This document shows positions 1-11,496 of a DNA stretch of 64,000 nucleotides, piece after piece. The stretch is taken from IMG/VR virus record IMGVR_UViG_3300032304_001168; one strand, written 5' to 3'. The position numbers and the translations under genes are program-made. Position 1 is the stretch's first letter; each line of letters begins with the position of its first letter. The notes below the pieces were generated by a model. That model ran no database searches, had not been told where the DNA came from, and saw nothing but the letters and a program-made list of their open reading frames with translations. Source of the DNA: a virus.

Positions 1-1067
1 ATGAATACATTTGATTGGATTTCAGGTTCGGAGATAACATTTAATAAAACTTCATTTTTGGTAATTGCTGAACAAACATAATCAACTGAAGATACACCAC
101 TCACAACAAAAATTGTTAGATTGTCAGGGTAATCAAAATAATCTAAATTATTAATGGTATATGCCGTATAATCAGCGTTTGGCGGAGTTCCATAAAAAAT
201 ACCAATAGCCCCACTTGACCCAGTTACCGTTTCATTAGGTTTGTATTTACCCCCAATTAATTGTGTTTTAGGGCCATACACTTGTAAATCACTTAAACAA
301 GATTTTGTATATCCACTAATTATCAATGGTTGACCTTGTAAGTAATCATTAAAACCATTTATTGTCGCATCACAAGTGCTATCACCGCTAAAAATATAAT
401 CATACATAATTGGTGTACCTGACCAACTTCCACCTAATGGTGTAAAATATGCAGTTCCATTAGGATTATTGATTGTTACTCCAGTTATTGGTATATTGAT
501 TGTTTTTTGTATCAGATTATATCCCCAAGGACTCATACCAGTTATTGATATTGTGTACTCACCATCAGACGAGTACGTATGTGGGATTGGTAATGGGGTA
601 TATGGTGATACTGGTTCAGTTTGACCATCACCCCAAGAAATTTGATAACTAGAAAAACTTAAATATTTTTTAAGTTCATTTTCTGAGGTGTTATACAAAA
701 TAACCGTATAATATGGGAAAATTGAATCCCCTGTAAAGATGAAATTATTCATTACATCTTGTTGTAAAATCATTCCATCAAAAACAGAATAATACCCAAT
801 ATCAGTTGCAGTTTCTGTTAATAAAATTGGAATTGTTATACCCGTTAATAAAGATGTTCCATTAGTACCACCAGATAAAAGTTGTGTCATTGACGAATAA
901 ACATATGTCAAACCAGTAAAATTACTTGTTGTGGTTGTTGTTGTAATGTCACAACAAGGGTCTGGTTCAACAATATTAGTTGTACCATCAACATTATATC
1001 TAACCAAGAATAAATCTTTATTTATTACTTCAGGTGAAATTCTAATATGTCTATTTTGTGTTCTCAT
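1..1067 (-). CDS. Partial hypothetical virion structural protein (runs off the left edge)
   Basis: Not in the ORF track. ATG at 1067 reads MRTQNRHIRISPEVINKDLFLVRY...EPDPCCDITTTTTTS, and the same frame reads VLLNVISEPEIQSNVF at the edge. Starts 1 nt after the stop of the upstream gene. Confidence 0.75.
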   Translation of the reverse strand, partial: MRTQNRHIRISPEVINKDLFLVRYNVDGTTNIVEPDPCCDITTTTTTSNFTGLTYVYSSMTQLLSGGTNGTSLLTGITIPILLTETATDIGYYSVFDGMILQQDVMNNFIFTGDSIFPYYTVILYNTSENELKKYLSFSSYQISWGDGQTEPVSPYTPLPIPHTYSSDGEYTISITGMSPWGYNLIQKTINIPITGVTINNPNGTAYFTPLGGSWSGTPIMYDYIFSGDSTCDATINGFNDYLQGQPLIISGYTKSCLSDLQVYGPKTQLIGGKYKPNETVTGSSGAIGIFYGTPPNADYTAYTINNLDYFDYPDNLTIFVVSGVSSVDYVCSAITKNEVLLNVISEPEIQSNVF

Positions 1068-1068
1068 C

Positions 1069-1890
1069 TTACTGCGGCGGATTTATATATTCATACCATT
1101 TCATAGGATTAATACTTGTTCCAATTCTTGTATTTGGATTATTCCCATCAAAAATTTGATATGTTTTATTACTATAATCCAAAACAACTTTATTATAAAA
1201 TAACTTATTACCATCAAAAACAAATTTATTAGGTAATATCGCTTGAGGTCTATTCATCATTTTCACAAAAACCCCCAATTTCGCATCAAAGAATTTTGCT
1301 GACATATAAAATGTATCTATCTCCAAATAATTAAAATCATTCAACCAATAAAAAAAGAATCCCTCTTGGTCACCAATAAAATCCAATATAAAATATGGCT
1401 TTTTTATATTAACATTACTTAATGAACTTGAAGTTGAGGCTGTTTGGGTTAATCCTTGTTGTGTTGGTATTATTACAGTAAAATAGTTAGTATGACTTTT
1501 AACATTAGTTGTGTCATAAAAATCTAATTTAAAGAAAGAATTCCTAAATGGTCTACTAAAATAGTATACTTCAGTTGAAGTAAATCCTTCTGATAGATAA
1601 CTATTTTTCCAAAGATTAATATCGGTAATAGTTGTTGATGTTACCGTAATTGGCGGTCTTCCATAAAAATTAAATTCATAATTAACTGCAGTTCTACTAT
1701 CATTTGAGGAATATTCACTATGATGAAATCTTGAAACTTCAAAATCTGTCGCAGTTCCAATTATCTCTTCAATAACCGTAGATTCGTATTCTTCAATACT
1801 ATCTTGTTTACCTAAGAAATCCCAATTAATTTCAATTGGTAGTTCAAGTCCTTGATTAGTATCCGAAAGTCTTAAATAATATTTATTCAC
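1069..1890 (-). CDS. Hypothetical virion/baseplate-associated protein
   Basis: 273-aa ORF translationally coupled within the structural operon. Confidence 0.6.
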   Translation of the reverse strand: MNKYYLRLSDTNQGLELPIEINWDFLGKQDSIEEYESTVIEEIIGTATDFEVSRFHHSEYSSNDSRTAVNYEFNFYGRPPITVTSTTITDINLWKNSYLSEGFTSTEVYYFSRPFRNSFFKLDFYDTTNVKSHTNYFTVIIPTQQGLTQTASTSSSLSNVNIKKPYFILDFIGDQEGFFFYWLNDFNYLEIDTFYMSAKFFDAKLGVFVKMMNRPQAILPNKFVFDGNKLFYNKVVLDYSNKTYQIFDGNNPNTRIGTSINPMKWYEYINPPQ

Positions 1891-3721
1891 AAGGGTCTAT
1901 TATTGGTTCTGATGTTATGGTTTGTTCAATATAATTAGTTCCCTCTGGAATTATTCTAAAAATAAAATTATTATAAGGGTAATGAACACCGTTTAAAAAT
2001 GGATAATCAACACCTAATCCACTACTATCAACATATCCATAAGGATATAAATCTCGCCAAATAAATTGGTCATTTGTTGTTGTGAAATATGAATAATTAG
2101 GAATATTTTCAACAATTCTTTTGTCTCCACTTTCAATATAATCCGAAAATACTCTTATTGTCATAGGATGTAATGGATTGTAATAATAACCTCGTTGATT
2201 TGAATTTGTTGTACCCAAAGACTGATTAATATCAAATAAGTTGGGGTTAAATTTTATCTTATGGTAAACACGAGATATGACCCTCTCTTTTTGTTCAAAA
2301 TCATTCCATTCACATAAATCACCATCCAATTCATCCCCCTTTTGTAATGTATCTAAATAGGTAAAATTATATTGATTTCCGTTTACTATTCTTTGATAAT
2401 CTGAAAATGAAAATGTTGTATTTGATAATGAAAAATTATTATCCCACCAATTGTTTGGTGTATTATTATTGTTAACTGATGGAATATTAAAATCCCATCC
2501 TTGTTTCATTGGGTAATAATTATTAGTTTGTGAATCATTGATACCAAATGTCCACCCAAAATATCCTTTCCACATTACAGTGAAAAAAAGTTCAGATATT
2601 GGTCTTTTTTGATTATCTAATAAATTATTAATATCCAAAATATTGTTTACTGTTACAGAATACGCTTGTGAACCTTCCTTAACCGAGATTCTTGATGTTA
2701 AATTTGGGGTTAAATTTGCTGGTTCATATTTTTTGACATTTCTAAATGCTGTTTGTTCGAATCCTGTTTTTGTTACAACAATATCATCAATATTTGTTAA
2801 TATTTTATTTTTTCTTATATAATATTTTGATATTGTATCAGTAACATTATCTTTAAGTAATAATCTTTTAGCAGTTCCTTGTCCACCATCATTAAATGTT
2901 GACCCAGTGAATCCAATATTAACAATATTAAACACATATTCATCACTACCAAAAGTATCGTCACCCAAGGAATAAACTTGATGTATATCAATAATACTAC
3001 TACCAGTATATCTAAAATTAGAACTAACTTGAAAAAATTCACCCACGCTTAATCCGTGTTTAATTGGACTTCTAAACTCAATAATATTTCTACCATTATA
3101 AGTTGAGTTTTTAATCCCAAATGGGATTCCATTACTTACAGTCCAATTTACTGTAGGATAAAGTGGTGTTGGGTCGTTTGGAACTTTAAATGTTGCTTGT
3201 AATTGTTTACTATAGTCATTTTCAAACGCGTAACTTATAAAGAAATTCCAATTATAACTTGATGCACTCTTTGCGACAAAATTAATATGTGGTGGTGTTG
3301 AACCTGATGTTGTTGTATACCCTGATACATTATAATCATTTCTTATAAAATCAAATTCATTATATAATGGAAATCCACCCCAAGGAAAATTTGAATTTGG
3401 ATTACACCTTTGAATTACAGTTTCTTGAGCATTAACATAATATAGATTTTGTTCAAATGGTGGATATGGTGGGTTGCCAATTGTTTGACCACTATAAGCA
3501 TTTTTGAATATTATTGAGAATTTACATGTTGGTCTAAATTTATTTGAGGATTGTCTTTCATCTTGAAATACTTGTTCCAAATTTATATTAGAAGTTCTAT
3601 CATACTCAACTTGTTGTTTTTGTGTTTCTTCTAACCCAAGTTGAATTGATAAATCTGTATTTGGTGACCCCTTATATCTTAAAGAACCTAAAACTATTCT
3701 TGTATCATTAATATTCCCCAT
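1883..3721 (-). CDS. Hypothetical virion/baseplate-associated protein
   Basis: 612-aa N/Y/F-rich ORF abutting its neighbours in the baseplate cluster. Confidence 0.6.
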   Translation of the reverse strand: MGNINDTRIVLGSLRYKGSPNTDLSIQLGLEETQKQQVEYDRTSNINLEQVFQDERQSSNKFRPTCKFSIIFKNAYSGQTIGNPPYPPFEQNLYYVNAQETVIQRCNPNSNFPWGGFPLYNEFDFIRNDYNVSGYTTTSGSTPPHINFVAKSASSYNWNFFISYAFENDYSKQLQATFKVPNDPTPLYPTVNWTVSNGIPFGIKNSTYNGRNIIEFRSPIKHGLSVGEFFQVSSNFRYTGSSIIDIHQVYSLGDDTFGSDEYVFNIVNIGFTGSTFNDGGQGTAKRLLLKDNVTDTISKYYIRKNKILTNIDDIVVTKTGFEQTAFRNVKKYEPANLTPNLTSRISVKEGSQAYSVTVNNILDINNLLDNQKRPISELFFTVMWKGYFGWTFGINDSQTNNYYPMKQGWDFNIPSVNNNNTPNNWWDNNFSLSNTTFSFSDYQRIVNGNQYNFTYLDTLQKGDELDGDLCEWNDFEQKERVISRVYHKIKFNPNLFDINQSLGTTNSNQRGYYYNPLHPMTIRVFSDYIESGDKRIVENIPNYSYFTTTNDQFIWRDLYPYGYVDSSGLGVDYPFLNGVHYPYNNFIFRIIPEGTNYIEQTITSEPIIDPCE

Positions 3722-6700
3722 CTATTCAGTTATGTTTTCAAAATTTATCCATTTTTTTATAAATCTATCCCAAGCTGTTTTTCCTTTTTTTAATCCAAAA
3801 TAAAAATAAAATGGTGAACCTACTGTAATTGTATTATCTGGAGATGAATTACGTTCCCAAGAATTTATATCTGGATTATATTCGTTAGTTGTACTATTAT
3901 AAGAATAGATATAACCTTTATCATCTCTACTATATGTACTAGTATTTCTAAAGTATCTTGAACTAACGTCTAATCTATTCAATGATTGATATTTTTTATA
4001 AAAGAAACTTCCATCATCTATAGTATTCGTGTACCAAGTATTACTTTGATTACCAAAAATATTATCATACTGATTATTATTTTTATTTATTTCCCATTGA
4101 TAGAATGGTACTTCTTGTGAATAAACATAGAAATTGTCAAATGCACAATTATTACTAGGGTCAACCAATTCATTAATAATATTTCGTTTAGGTGATATAA
4201 AATCTCTTGTTTGAGAATCTGATGAGAAAAATATACCAAAAATAGCATTATTACTATTAGTGTCATTGAAATAAATAGGGTCTTGTCCACTAGGTATTGG
4301 TAAATAATTTGATGATTCAAATTCCACAACACCTAATTCTGAACTTATTGATATCATTTGAGCATAATCACCATCAACAAATCCTTTATAATCATCTCTA
4401 CTATCAAAATATTTTGTAACATTAGCTCCACCACCACTTATTAACGATTGAATGAAATTAAGATTTACCAATCGACTAATAATTAATAAATTTAGAATTT
4501 CTGAAACATCTTTATATGTTGTTTCGGATAATCTATCCATAACATATCCATCAAATTCATTTGAGAAAACCAATTCTTGTGTATAATTTGTTTTTGGCCC
4601 TAAATCAATTATTGTTGTTGGAAACTTAAGATTTTTTTTGTTACCTTTATATAATGGATTAAGTGGTGGCGCACCAACAAATCTAGGAGATAAACTAGTA
4701 TTACCTAAAAAGTACGGACTACTTCTATAATAAAAATTATTAGTAGGATGTAAAATTATAGTATCTTTACAATAAACACTTATAGGTTCGTTGTTTATAT
4801 TAAATCGTTTATCATTTTTAAATGAAAACGCATACAATGTTCCATTTATCCAATTATTTGTAAACATATGTGACCATACATTTCTACAAGCAGCAAATGT
4901 TATTTGTAATCTATTAGTCCATTCATTTAATAATTGAAAGTCTTTAACTAGACTCAACACTGGAACTGTTATTAATACATAACAACCATTTTCCATAATT
5001 GGTGTTTGATTTAAACCATTATCATAACACGCATTTGGTGGGGCTATCACATCAATCTCACTATTATTACTTTCATAACAACCTAAAGGAACTAATTTTG
5101 AACAAGAAAAAGTACTTAAAATGGATATTCCAGGAGGTTGGTCATCTAAATTCTGTAATTCACTACTAAATGTTGGTGTTCCCAATTCTGTGGTCGAACT
5201 AGTACCAAATACACCAACACCTGAAGTTTCATCATCACTAACAAAATAAACGGTAAACTTTGGATTTGAGAACAATGGAAAAGTGTTTTCCAAATCTTGT
5301 ATATAAGATGTAGATGTTGGAAGCCTATCTGACCTCATAACAATCCGTCCTGAACTTACCATTGTATTAGTATAATTATAGTTTGAATTATATAACAAAT
5401 AAGATGGTGCATAATAATATGATACACCTTTAGGTCTGTCATCATTTGGATTAAGATTAGGACCCAAATTACATGGATCAATACCATTTAAACATAGTAT
5501 TTGATTCATATAAGAACCACCTTCAACAATTTGGTTAGACCAGTAAGAACGATAAAAAATATTTGGACTTCTATGTTGTATTTTCTCGTCACCATTTAGT
5601 ATCGCTCTTTGTCTTGTAAGTAAATCACCTCCATTAATTCTTCTAAATTCAACTTGAAATGCGTTTTGAAGTTCCTCAGTTGAGAAAGGTGGTGTCACCC
5701 CATTTCCATTTCTAGACCCATAATCTCGATTTAGTTTTAAATAAGGTATTGGGTCTGGAATTGTAGGACTATTATTAGATGTTACATTTAATCCTATAGA
5801 ATTAGTTAAATAATTCCAAGGTGTACTTTTATCTAACAACGAATAATAATTAGGTAATTTAGAATTAAATGGAATAAAACCATTTTGTCCACCTATTGTT
5901 GGTCGATAGTGATAGGATTGGTAATATAAATATTGATTAGTTGTAGGGTCAAAACCATCAGTATTAGGATTGTGTCTTGTGTTTTGTATACCTCCATTAA
6001 TTGGGATGTTTAGTTTATAATTATCACCTCTAATTATAAATTTACCACCATCATAATCGGGATTTATTCCACCTGGATTATAAAATGGGTATACAATATT
6101 ACCTAAAATTCTATTGTATATTACCGAACCTCCTATAATTCCAGATAAATCATATTCAACTTCACCTCTAGTTGAGTATGGGTCAACACCTCTTACTAAA
6201 AATACTAACCCTTGTTCTGCAAAATTATTGAATGCCAAAGCTGGGCTAATTCGATAAGTCCCAACATCTCCATCACTAAAATTATTACGAATAAATTCAT
6301 TTTGATTATTCATCGTAACAATATTAATACGCGTAAATAACGCATGTGTTAATGTTCCTGGAAAATTTCCCCAAAATAATCCTGGGGGTGAATTTAATGA
6401 ATCTTGTTGTAAATCAATGTCATCATATCCATATATGTCACCAATTGTCATTGCTGTTATTACTTGGAAATATTCAATATCCATTGGATATTTAGCATAC
6501 TGAGCATCATCAACACCTTGGTCAATTTGATATGTCGTTGTATTGTTACCACTACCATCAAATCTAGCCCAATCAACATTTATTGAATTATTATTTTGAT
6601 TTATAGTAATTCCAGTTGTTGCATTATTACCGAATTGATTTGTTGTTGAACCTGTTATATTTGGGTCAGTTGATAGCTCAGAAGACTGAAATGTGACTAA

Positions 6701-9040
6701 TGCCCCTGCGGTAAATTCACTTAATTTTTCAGGTTTTACCATTAAAAGCATCACATTATCAAAATGATAAGGTGTATTAACACCAGTTGTTAACCAATCA
6801 CCTAGTGTTGTACCTGCTGTTCTAGCGTATCCATTTAAAGTTGGTCTAAAAGATACTCTAATTCTATTACCACCACCCCAAGGATTATAAGTATTTCTTA
6901 CATCAATATTAGTTTGAGGGTTTAAATAATCCTCCCAAGTGTTAGATAATGTCCAAATTTTTCTTAACCCACCATCATAATATGCAGATTTTAAATTAAA
7001 TAAATTTAATCTTTCAAAGATAGGAATACTTGTTGTAAATATTTTTTTATTATTACCAATATCTTGCATTTGTGGTGCAAACGTACTAGGTGATGGTAAT
7101 CCAGGATTATATGGTTGCCCTGTAACCAAAAGTTGTTCTGAAAAGGTTAAATAATTTGCGGGATTTGTATTAGGGTACGTTGACCCCACGTATGAACCAT
7201 CAAGATTTATTGCGTAGTCACCAAATTGACCAAAATTATTACCATCTCCAGCCCATAAACCAGCGGGTCTATTATACTGACTAAACGACCATAATGGCGT
7301 TAAATAACCATCCCTTAATAATTCAGTATCAACTGCCACTTGAAATTCACTTGGAGCAGGTCCTGTCGCTTCACCCCCTTCTTTGCAACTACATAAATCA
7401 CAATCAGGATAAGATAAATTTGGTAATCTTAAATTGGCAATTCTTCTCCAAAATGGAATAAATAGAGCAGCTAAAACACCTGCAAGTAAATGTGAGACAA
7501 TTAACAACAGATATAAAATAGGTCTTGCAATATACAAAAGTATGATGAATAACAAATATACTAAATCAAATCTATATGCGGCATCATTTGTTGGGAATTT
7601 TACATTATCACTCTCGCATGTTTCATCTAATATATTCTTAATTGAAATAATTCTATTCTGTAGATACCCACTTCTATATTGGTCAATTAATTGTGATACA
7701 CTATAGACTTTATTATAACTCATTAAATAAAAATAATCCTCACAATCAATGGCAACTTGTGGGTCAACATAATCATTCCAATCTAAACTAAAAGCATAAG
7801 ATTTAAAAACGTTTGGGTTTGGATTTGGTACTTGGAGTGGGTCAGAACTCCCTGAAGAATCCCACCCGTATTCTCTAATATTTGGCACTAAAAAATATGC
7901 TCTTTTAATTGGTTCTGATAGTTTTGGTGATTGATTCCATTTAATTTTAAATCTATATTTTCCTCTAGTAGGAATACCAATAGTGGAGTCATTAGATAAT
8001 ACTCTATTCCCAAATTCATTAGTAAACACATAATCCAAGTTCATAGGAACATCAACAAGCCAAGTTCCATTTTCATCAATAACTTGACCACCAGATTCTA
8101 AATCAAATTGTTCTAATATTGGTAATCCTTGATTATCCAAAGATATTGTTTGTCTTATTGCCAATATTTCACCAGCACCAGCTACTAAATTACATAATTC
8201 ACCTTGTTTTAGTTTTGATTTACAATTTGATTTTTGAAATTGTTCATCTGATGATGAAAATATTGACCCCATAAAAATTGCTGTTGGTGTAATCTCAATA
8301 TTCACTTCCCCACTTACATCAAAGTCAGTTCTTGTTATACCAATACTACAAACTTCAGGTTGTCCCCAAAATGGGTCAACATTTATTGTTCTATTAAAAG
8401 AAACTATTTGGGGTAAAGAATTCAAGTTACTAGATGATTTAAAACTAACTCCAGCGACTTGGGATTCCGTAGCCACACCCATTCTAATCAAATCTTGTGG
8501 TGATAATGAAAATTCACCAATATCTGATAAATCAATGTCAACGTGAATTGTTTGTGATCCTAATGGAATACCAAATAACATATAATCACCACTATCATTT
8601 GTTTGGGTGGTGAACTTATAATATTTGTCATAAACTTCAATAACGTTATTATCAACTAAAGCATCCTCTCTATCAGGAAAACTACCAGTTGGAACGTGAG
8701 CACTATACGATTTTGTATAAGGTAAAAGATTATACCTATATCCATCTTCATTAACTGATGATAATGATTTATAAGGATATAATGTTGATATTATTGGATT
8801 ATTTTCATCTTGTTCTGAGAGCGGAATAAAAATAGATACCTTACAATTTGGTAATCCAAATCCATTGTTTATTGATATTCTACCAACAATAACACCATAA
8901 TCCGAACATTGTCTATTATAGATTTGGTCTGATAAAATCTTAAGAGAAAGTATCTCTAGTTGTTCAAAATCTTGGTCTAATAATATTTTTACGGATTTAT
9001 CAACCCCAAGTTGGGTTCTTATTCTATATGAATTTGACAT
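3722..9040 (-). CDS. Large baseplate/virion structural protein (N-terminal beta-sandwich-like region, one hydrophobic stretch)
   Basis: 1772 aa, downstream of the gp6-like wedge gene. GRISINNGFGLPNCKVSIF and TQTNDSGDYMLFGIP resemble CarboxypepD_reg-type domains; hydrophobic LVYLLFIILLYIARPILYLLLIVSHLLAGVLAALFIPF. Confidence 0.6.
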   Translation of the reverse strand: MSNSYRIRTQLGVDKSVKILLDQDFEQLEILSLKILSDQIYNRQCSDYGVIVGRISINNGFGLPNCKVSIFIPLSEQDENNPIISTLYPYKSLSSVNEDGYRYNLLPYTKSYSAHVPTGSFPDREDALVDNNVIEVYDKYYKFTTQTNDSGDYMLFGIPLGSQTIHVDIDLSDIGEFSLSPQDLIRMGVATESQVAGVSFKSSSNLNSLPQIVSFNRTINVDPFWGQPEVCSIGITRTDFDVSGEVNIEITPTAIFMGSIFSSSDEQFQKSNCKSKLKQGELCNLVAGAGEILAIRQTISLDNQGLPILEQFDLESGGQVIDENGTWLVDVPMNLDYVFTNEFGNRVLSNDSTIGIPTRGKYRFKIKWNQSPKLSEPIKRAYFLVPNIREYGWDSSGSSDPLQVPNPNPNVFKSYAFSLDWNDYVDPQVAIDCEDYFYLMSYNKVYSVSQLIDQYRSGYLQNRIISIKNILDETCESDNVKFPTNDAAYRFDLVYLLFIILLYIARPILYLLLIVSHLLAGVLAALFIPFWRRIANLRLPNLSYPDCDLCSCKEGGEATGPAPSEFQVAVDTELLRDGYLTPLWSFSQYNRPAGLWAGDGNNFGQFGDYAINLDGSYVGSTYPNTNPANYLTFSEQLLVTGQPYNPGLPSPSTFAPQMQDIGNNKKIFTTSIPIFERLNLFNLKSAYYDGGLRKIWTLSNTWEDYLNPQTNIDVRNTYNPWGGGNRIRVSFRPTLNGYARTAGTTLGDWLTTGVNTPYHFDNVMLLMVKPEKLSEFTAGALVTFQSSELSTDPNITGSTTNQFGNNATTGITINQNNNSINVDWARFDGSGNNTTTYQIDQGVDDAQYAKYPMDIEYFQVITAMTIGDIYGYDDIDLQQDSLNSPPGLFWGNFPGTLTHALFTRINIVTMNNQNEFIRNNFSDGDVGTYRISPALAFNNFAEQGLVFLVRGVDPYSTRGEVEYDLSGIIGGSVIYNRILGNIVYPFYNPGGINPDYDGGKFIIRGDNYKLNIPINGGIQNTRHNPNTDGFDPTTNQYLYYQSYHYRPTIGGQNGFIPFNSKLPNYYSLLDKSTPWNYLTNSIGLNVTSNNSPTIPDPIPYLKLNRDYGSRNGNGVTPPFSTEELQNAFQVEFRRINGGDLLTRQRAILNGDEKIQHRSPNIFYRSYWSNQIVEGGSYMNQILCLNGIDPCNLGPNLNPNDDRPKGVSYYYAPSYLLYNSNYNYTNTMVSSGRIVMRSDRLPTSTSYIQDLENTFPLFSNPKFTVYFVSDDETSGVGVFGTSSTTELGTPTFSSELQNLDDQPPGISILSTFSCSKLVPLGCYESNNSEIDVIAPPNACYDNGLNQTPIMENGCYVLITVPVLSLVKDFQLLNEWTNRLQITFAACRNVWSHMFTNNWINGTLYAFSFKNDKRFNINNEPISVYCKDTIILHPTNNFYYRSSPYFLGNTSLSPRFVGAPPLNPLYKGNKKNLKFPTTIIDLGPKTNYTQELVFSNEFDGYVMDRLSETTYKDVSEILNLLIISRLVNLNFIQSLISGGGANVTKYFDSRDDYKGFVDGDYAQMISISSELGVVEFESSNYLPIPSGQDPIYFNDTNSNNAIFGIFFSSDSQTRDFISPKRNIINELVDPSNNCAFDNFYVYSQEVPFYQWEINKNNNQYDNIFGNQSNTWYTNTIDDGSFFYKKYQSLNRLDVSSRYFRNTSTYSRDDKGYIYSYNSTTNEYNPDINSWERNSSPDNTITVGSPFYFYFGLKKGKTAWDRFIKKWINFENITE

Positions 9041-9113
9041 TAAATTATCTTTTTAAATAAATACTTTATTTGACTTTTTAAAAAGATAAATCAATAACTG
9101 GGGAAATAAATTA

Positions 9114-10952
9114 TTACGAGAAATTAATAGTTTTAAAATTCTTAACCCTTACATTAATATCCTTAGTCGCAAATCTAACTTGATATGTTTGACTAGGTTC
9201 TGCAAATATAGTATCGTCCACTAATTCAATTTGTTTAGTTTCACTATCCAAATATCTTTGTGATGTTTGAGATGAAGAATATTGACCTCCAACCTTATTA
9301 AACGCTTGGATTTCCGCTACGGCAATAATACCATTTTGAGATTGAATTATTCTTCTTATTTCAGATACATTAACATTTTGACCCATTTCTCTAGTTTTAG
9401 GACTCATATATTCATTAACACTATCAACTATTTGTGCTATTACAGCACCTTGATTTTGACTATTATCTAATACAACATCAATATTAAACGCTAAATCAAT
9501 AACATTTGCAGATTCTATTGATATGTAATCATTTAACATTCTATAGTTAGATAAATAATTAGCGATATTACTTTTTAAAGTATTTGATGTAATTTCAGTT
9601 AAATTACCAGATTCATCATAAGATAAAATCTTAATTTTAATTTTGTTATTTTCTTCAGTTATAGATGCTTTAGCTGGAGCCCCAAATTGGGATGGCATTG
9701 TTCTAATTATTGACTCATAATCATTAATTGTAACCGCTCTATTTTGTGCCGCAAAATTAAACGAGACCAAATTTCTAACTTCTTCTGTAGTTGGGTTAGG
9801 TGCACCACCAATTGCCGCTGTTACATTGTTACAAGACAAAGAATTTATAACACTTGTATTTACAGAATCAGAAGGTCCATTAACGAAAAATGAAACAGTA
9901 CCGATTTGATTTATCACATTAACACCTAAATTACTAGTAGTGCCTCCACCAATTCTATATTGTACAAATAATGTAGTATTTGCTTTAAGAGTACTTCCCA
10001 AAGCAAAATTATTTGAATACTTATATAAATCTAATTTATACCCATTCCTAGCAAACTCTCTTAATTGTTCATCCGCTGATTGACTTCCTCCACCAAATGT
10101 CATTTTCAAAAACCCTTCTGGTGTATATTCAGTAATAAACTTACTTGTTGCTGTAATATATTTACCAACTTTAATACCTGGATTGTCGGCTACTTTAGTA
10201 GGGTCTTCAATAAAAACTCTTTCTTCGGCTAAAGCCTTAACTTCATACCATCTGTTGTCCAATCCTAAAAATTCTTGTACAGATGGAATATTCGCATATT
10301 GAGTACCATCTTTTAGTAGTACACTAGTAACACCTAATACATTTCTTTCAGGTAAAAATAATTCAAAAAATGGTTTAACATCATTTGGTGTTACAACACG
10401 TTTGAATACCTTTGTTATACCATTTACCACCGTTTCCCTCTTGGTGATGGTATAATTTAATAATCGGTTATTTGAATCAAAATTGGGTATTTTTAATCTA
10501 TTGGGGAAACCTTCGGCATTGACTGCGGATGCAAAATCAATATCATACACAGTTTCAAAAACTTGACCAGCACCATTGATTTGTGCTCCTCTTCTTAGAA
10601 TACCACAATATCTTAAATCTTCTCTATCACCAAAACCATCAACTGTAATTGAAAAATCAACTAGGGCAACTGAAGGTCTTTGTCCTGGAATTTTAAGTCC
10701 ATAAGTTTTGGCAATATTAAAAATTGATGACCTTTGTTGTGCAAATTGTAGTACCGTTTCTTGAATACTCCTATCAATATTAAATTGTAGGTTATCCGAT
10801 ACCGCAGCATTTAAATCTAATAACGCAGAAAAAATGGAAGCGTCATTAAAATTATCAATTAAATCAGGATAATATGTTCGTGTAAAATTTATTAATTCAG
10901 TTCTAATTGACTGAAAATCTCTAGTTGTATATGATATTTTTTTATTAGCCAT
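9114..10952 (-). CDS. Baseplate wedge subunit (T4 gp6 / baseplate J-like)
   Basis: YTTRDFQSIRTELI N-terminus, AQQRSSIFNIAKTYG, and AQNRAVTINDY motif; adjacent to gp25-like gene. Confidence 0.88.
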   Translation of the reverse strand: MANKKISYTTRDFQSIRTELINFTRTYYPDLIDNFNDASIFSALLDLNAAVSDNLQFNIDRSIQETVLQFAQQRSSIFNIAKTYGLKIPGQRPSVALVDFSITVDGFGDREDLRYCGILRRGAQINGAGQVFETVYDIDFASAVNAEGFPNRLKIPNFDSNNRLLNYTITKRETVVNGITKVFKRVVTPNDVKPFFELFLPERNVLGVTSVLLKDGTQYANIPSVQEFLGLDNRWYEVKALAEERVFIEDPTKVADNPGIKVGKYITATSKFITEYTPEGFLKMTFGGGSQSADEQLREFARNGYKLDLYKYSNNFALGSTLKANTTLFVQYRIGGGTTSNLGVNVINQIGTVSFFVNGPSDSVNTSVINSLSCNNVTAAIGGAPNPTTEEVRNLVSFNFAAQNRAVTINDYESIIRTMPSQFGAPAKASITEENNKIKIKILSYDESGNLTEITSNTLKSNIANYLSNYRMLNDYISIESANVIDLAFNIDVVLDNSQNQGAVIAQIVDSVNEYMSPKTREMGQNVNVSEIRRIIQSQNGIIAVAEIQAFNKVGGQYSSSQTSQRYLDSETKQIELVDDTIFAEPSQTYQVRFATKDINVRVKNFKTINFS

Positions 10953-10956
10953 AATA

Positions 10957-11415
10957 TTAAATATTGATAATTATAAAATCACTTGAGTTAAATGCTGTAT
11001 CAGTAACCAAGTAATCTATTTTGATTTTTGCTGTATGTTCAGCCTGACTAATACCTGGTACAGTAAAAACTCTTTCATTGTTGTCGTTTATATACGTACC
11101 CTTATCTTCCTCACCTTCAGAAGCTGGATTTATTGTTATATTTGTTATAGTCAAACCTGGCAAATATTCACTAACTGAATCTCGTATTTCTGCTTCCAAA
11201 TCAGAGAATGTTGGTCCATCCATAGGTTCAAATATATATTCATATAATCTTGTACCAAAATTAGGTAAATAATATCTCGTACCTTTCCTTGTTAATAAAA
11301 GGTGAATTAAATTACTTCTAATTTCGTCATCAGTTGTTTGTGATAAAGATAAATAATTACCCTCGTATGAATCTCTAAAAGGGAAATTTATTCCGTATGT
11401 TATTCCATCTGCCAT
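10957..11415 (-). CDS. Baseplate wedge protein, gp25/GPW family
   Basis: IRSNLIHLLLTRKGTRYYLPNFGTRLYEYIFEP is the gp25-family signature. Confidence 0.9.
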   Translation of the reverse strand: MADGITYGINFPFRDSYEGNYLSLSQTTDDEIRSNLIHLLLTRKGTRYYLPNFGTRLYEYIFEPMDGPTFSDLEAEIRDSVSEYLPGLTITNITINPASEGEEDKGTYINDNNERVFTVPGISQAEHTAKIKIDYLVTDTAFNSSDFIIINI

Positions 11416-11461
11416 ATTGATAAATATAATGTTTGAATTATTTCTATAAATACCTCAAAAC

Positions 11462-11488
11462 AAAAAATCACGACATTATGTCGTGATT
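11462..11488 (-). terminator. Intrinsic terminator after nrdA
   Basis: AATCACGACA-tta-TGTCGTGATT stem followed by a T-run on the minus strand. Confidence 0.75.
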
Positions 11489-11496
11489 CTTATTTT

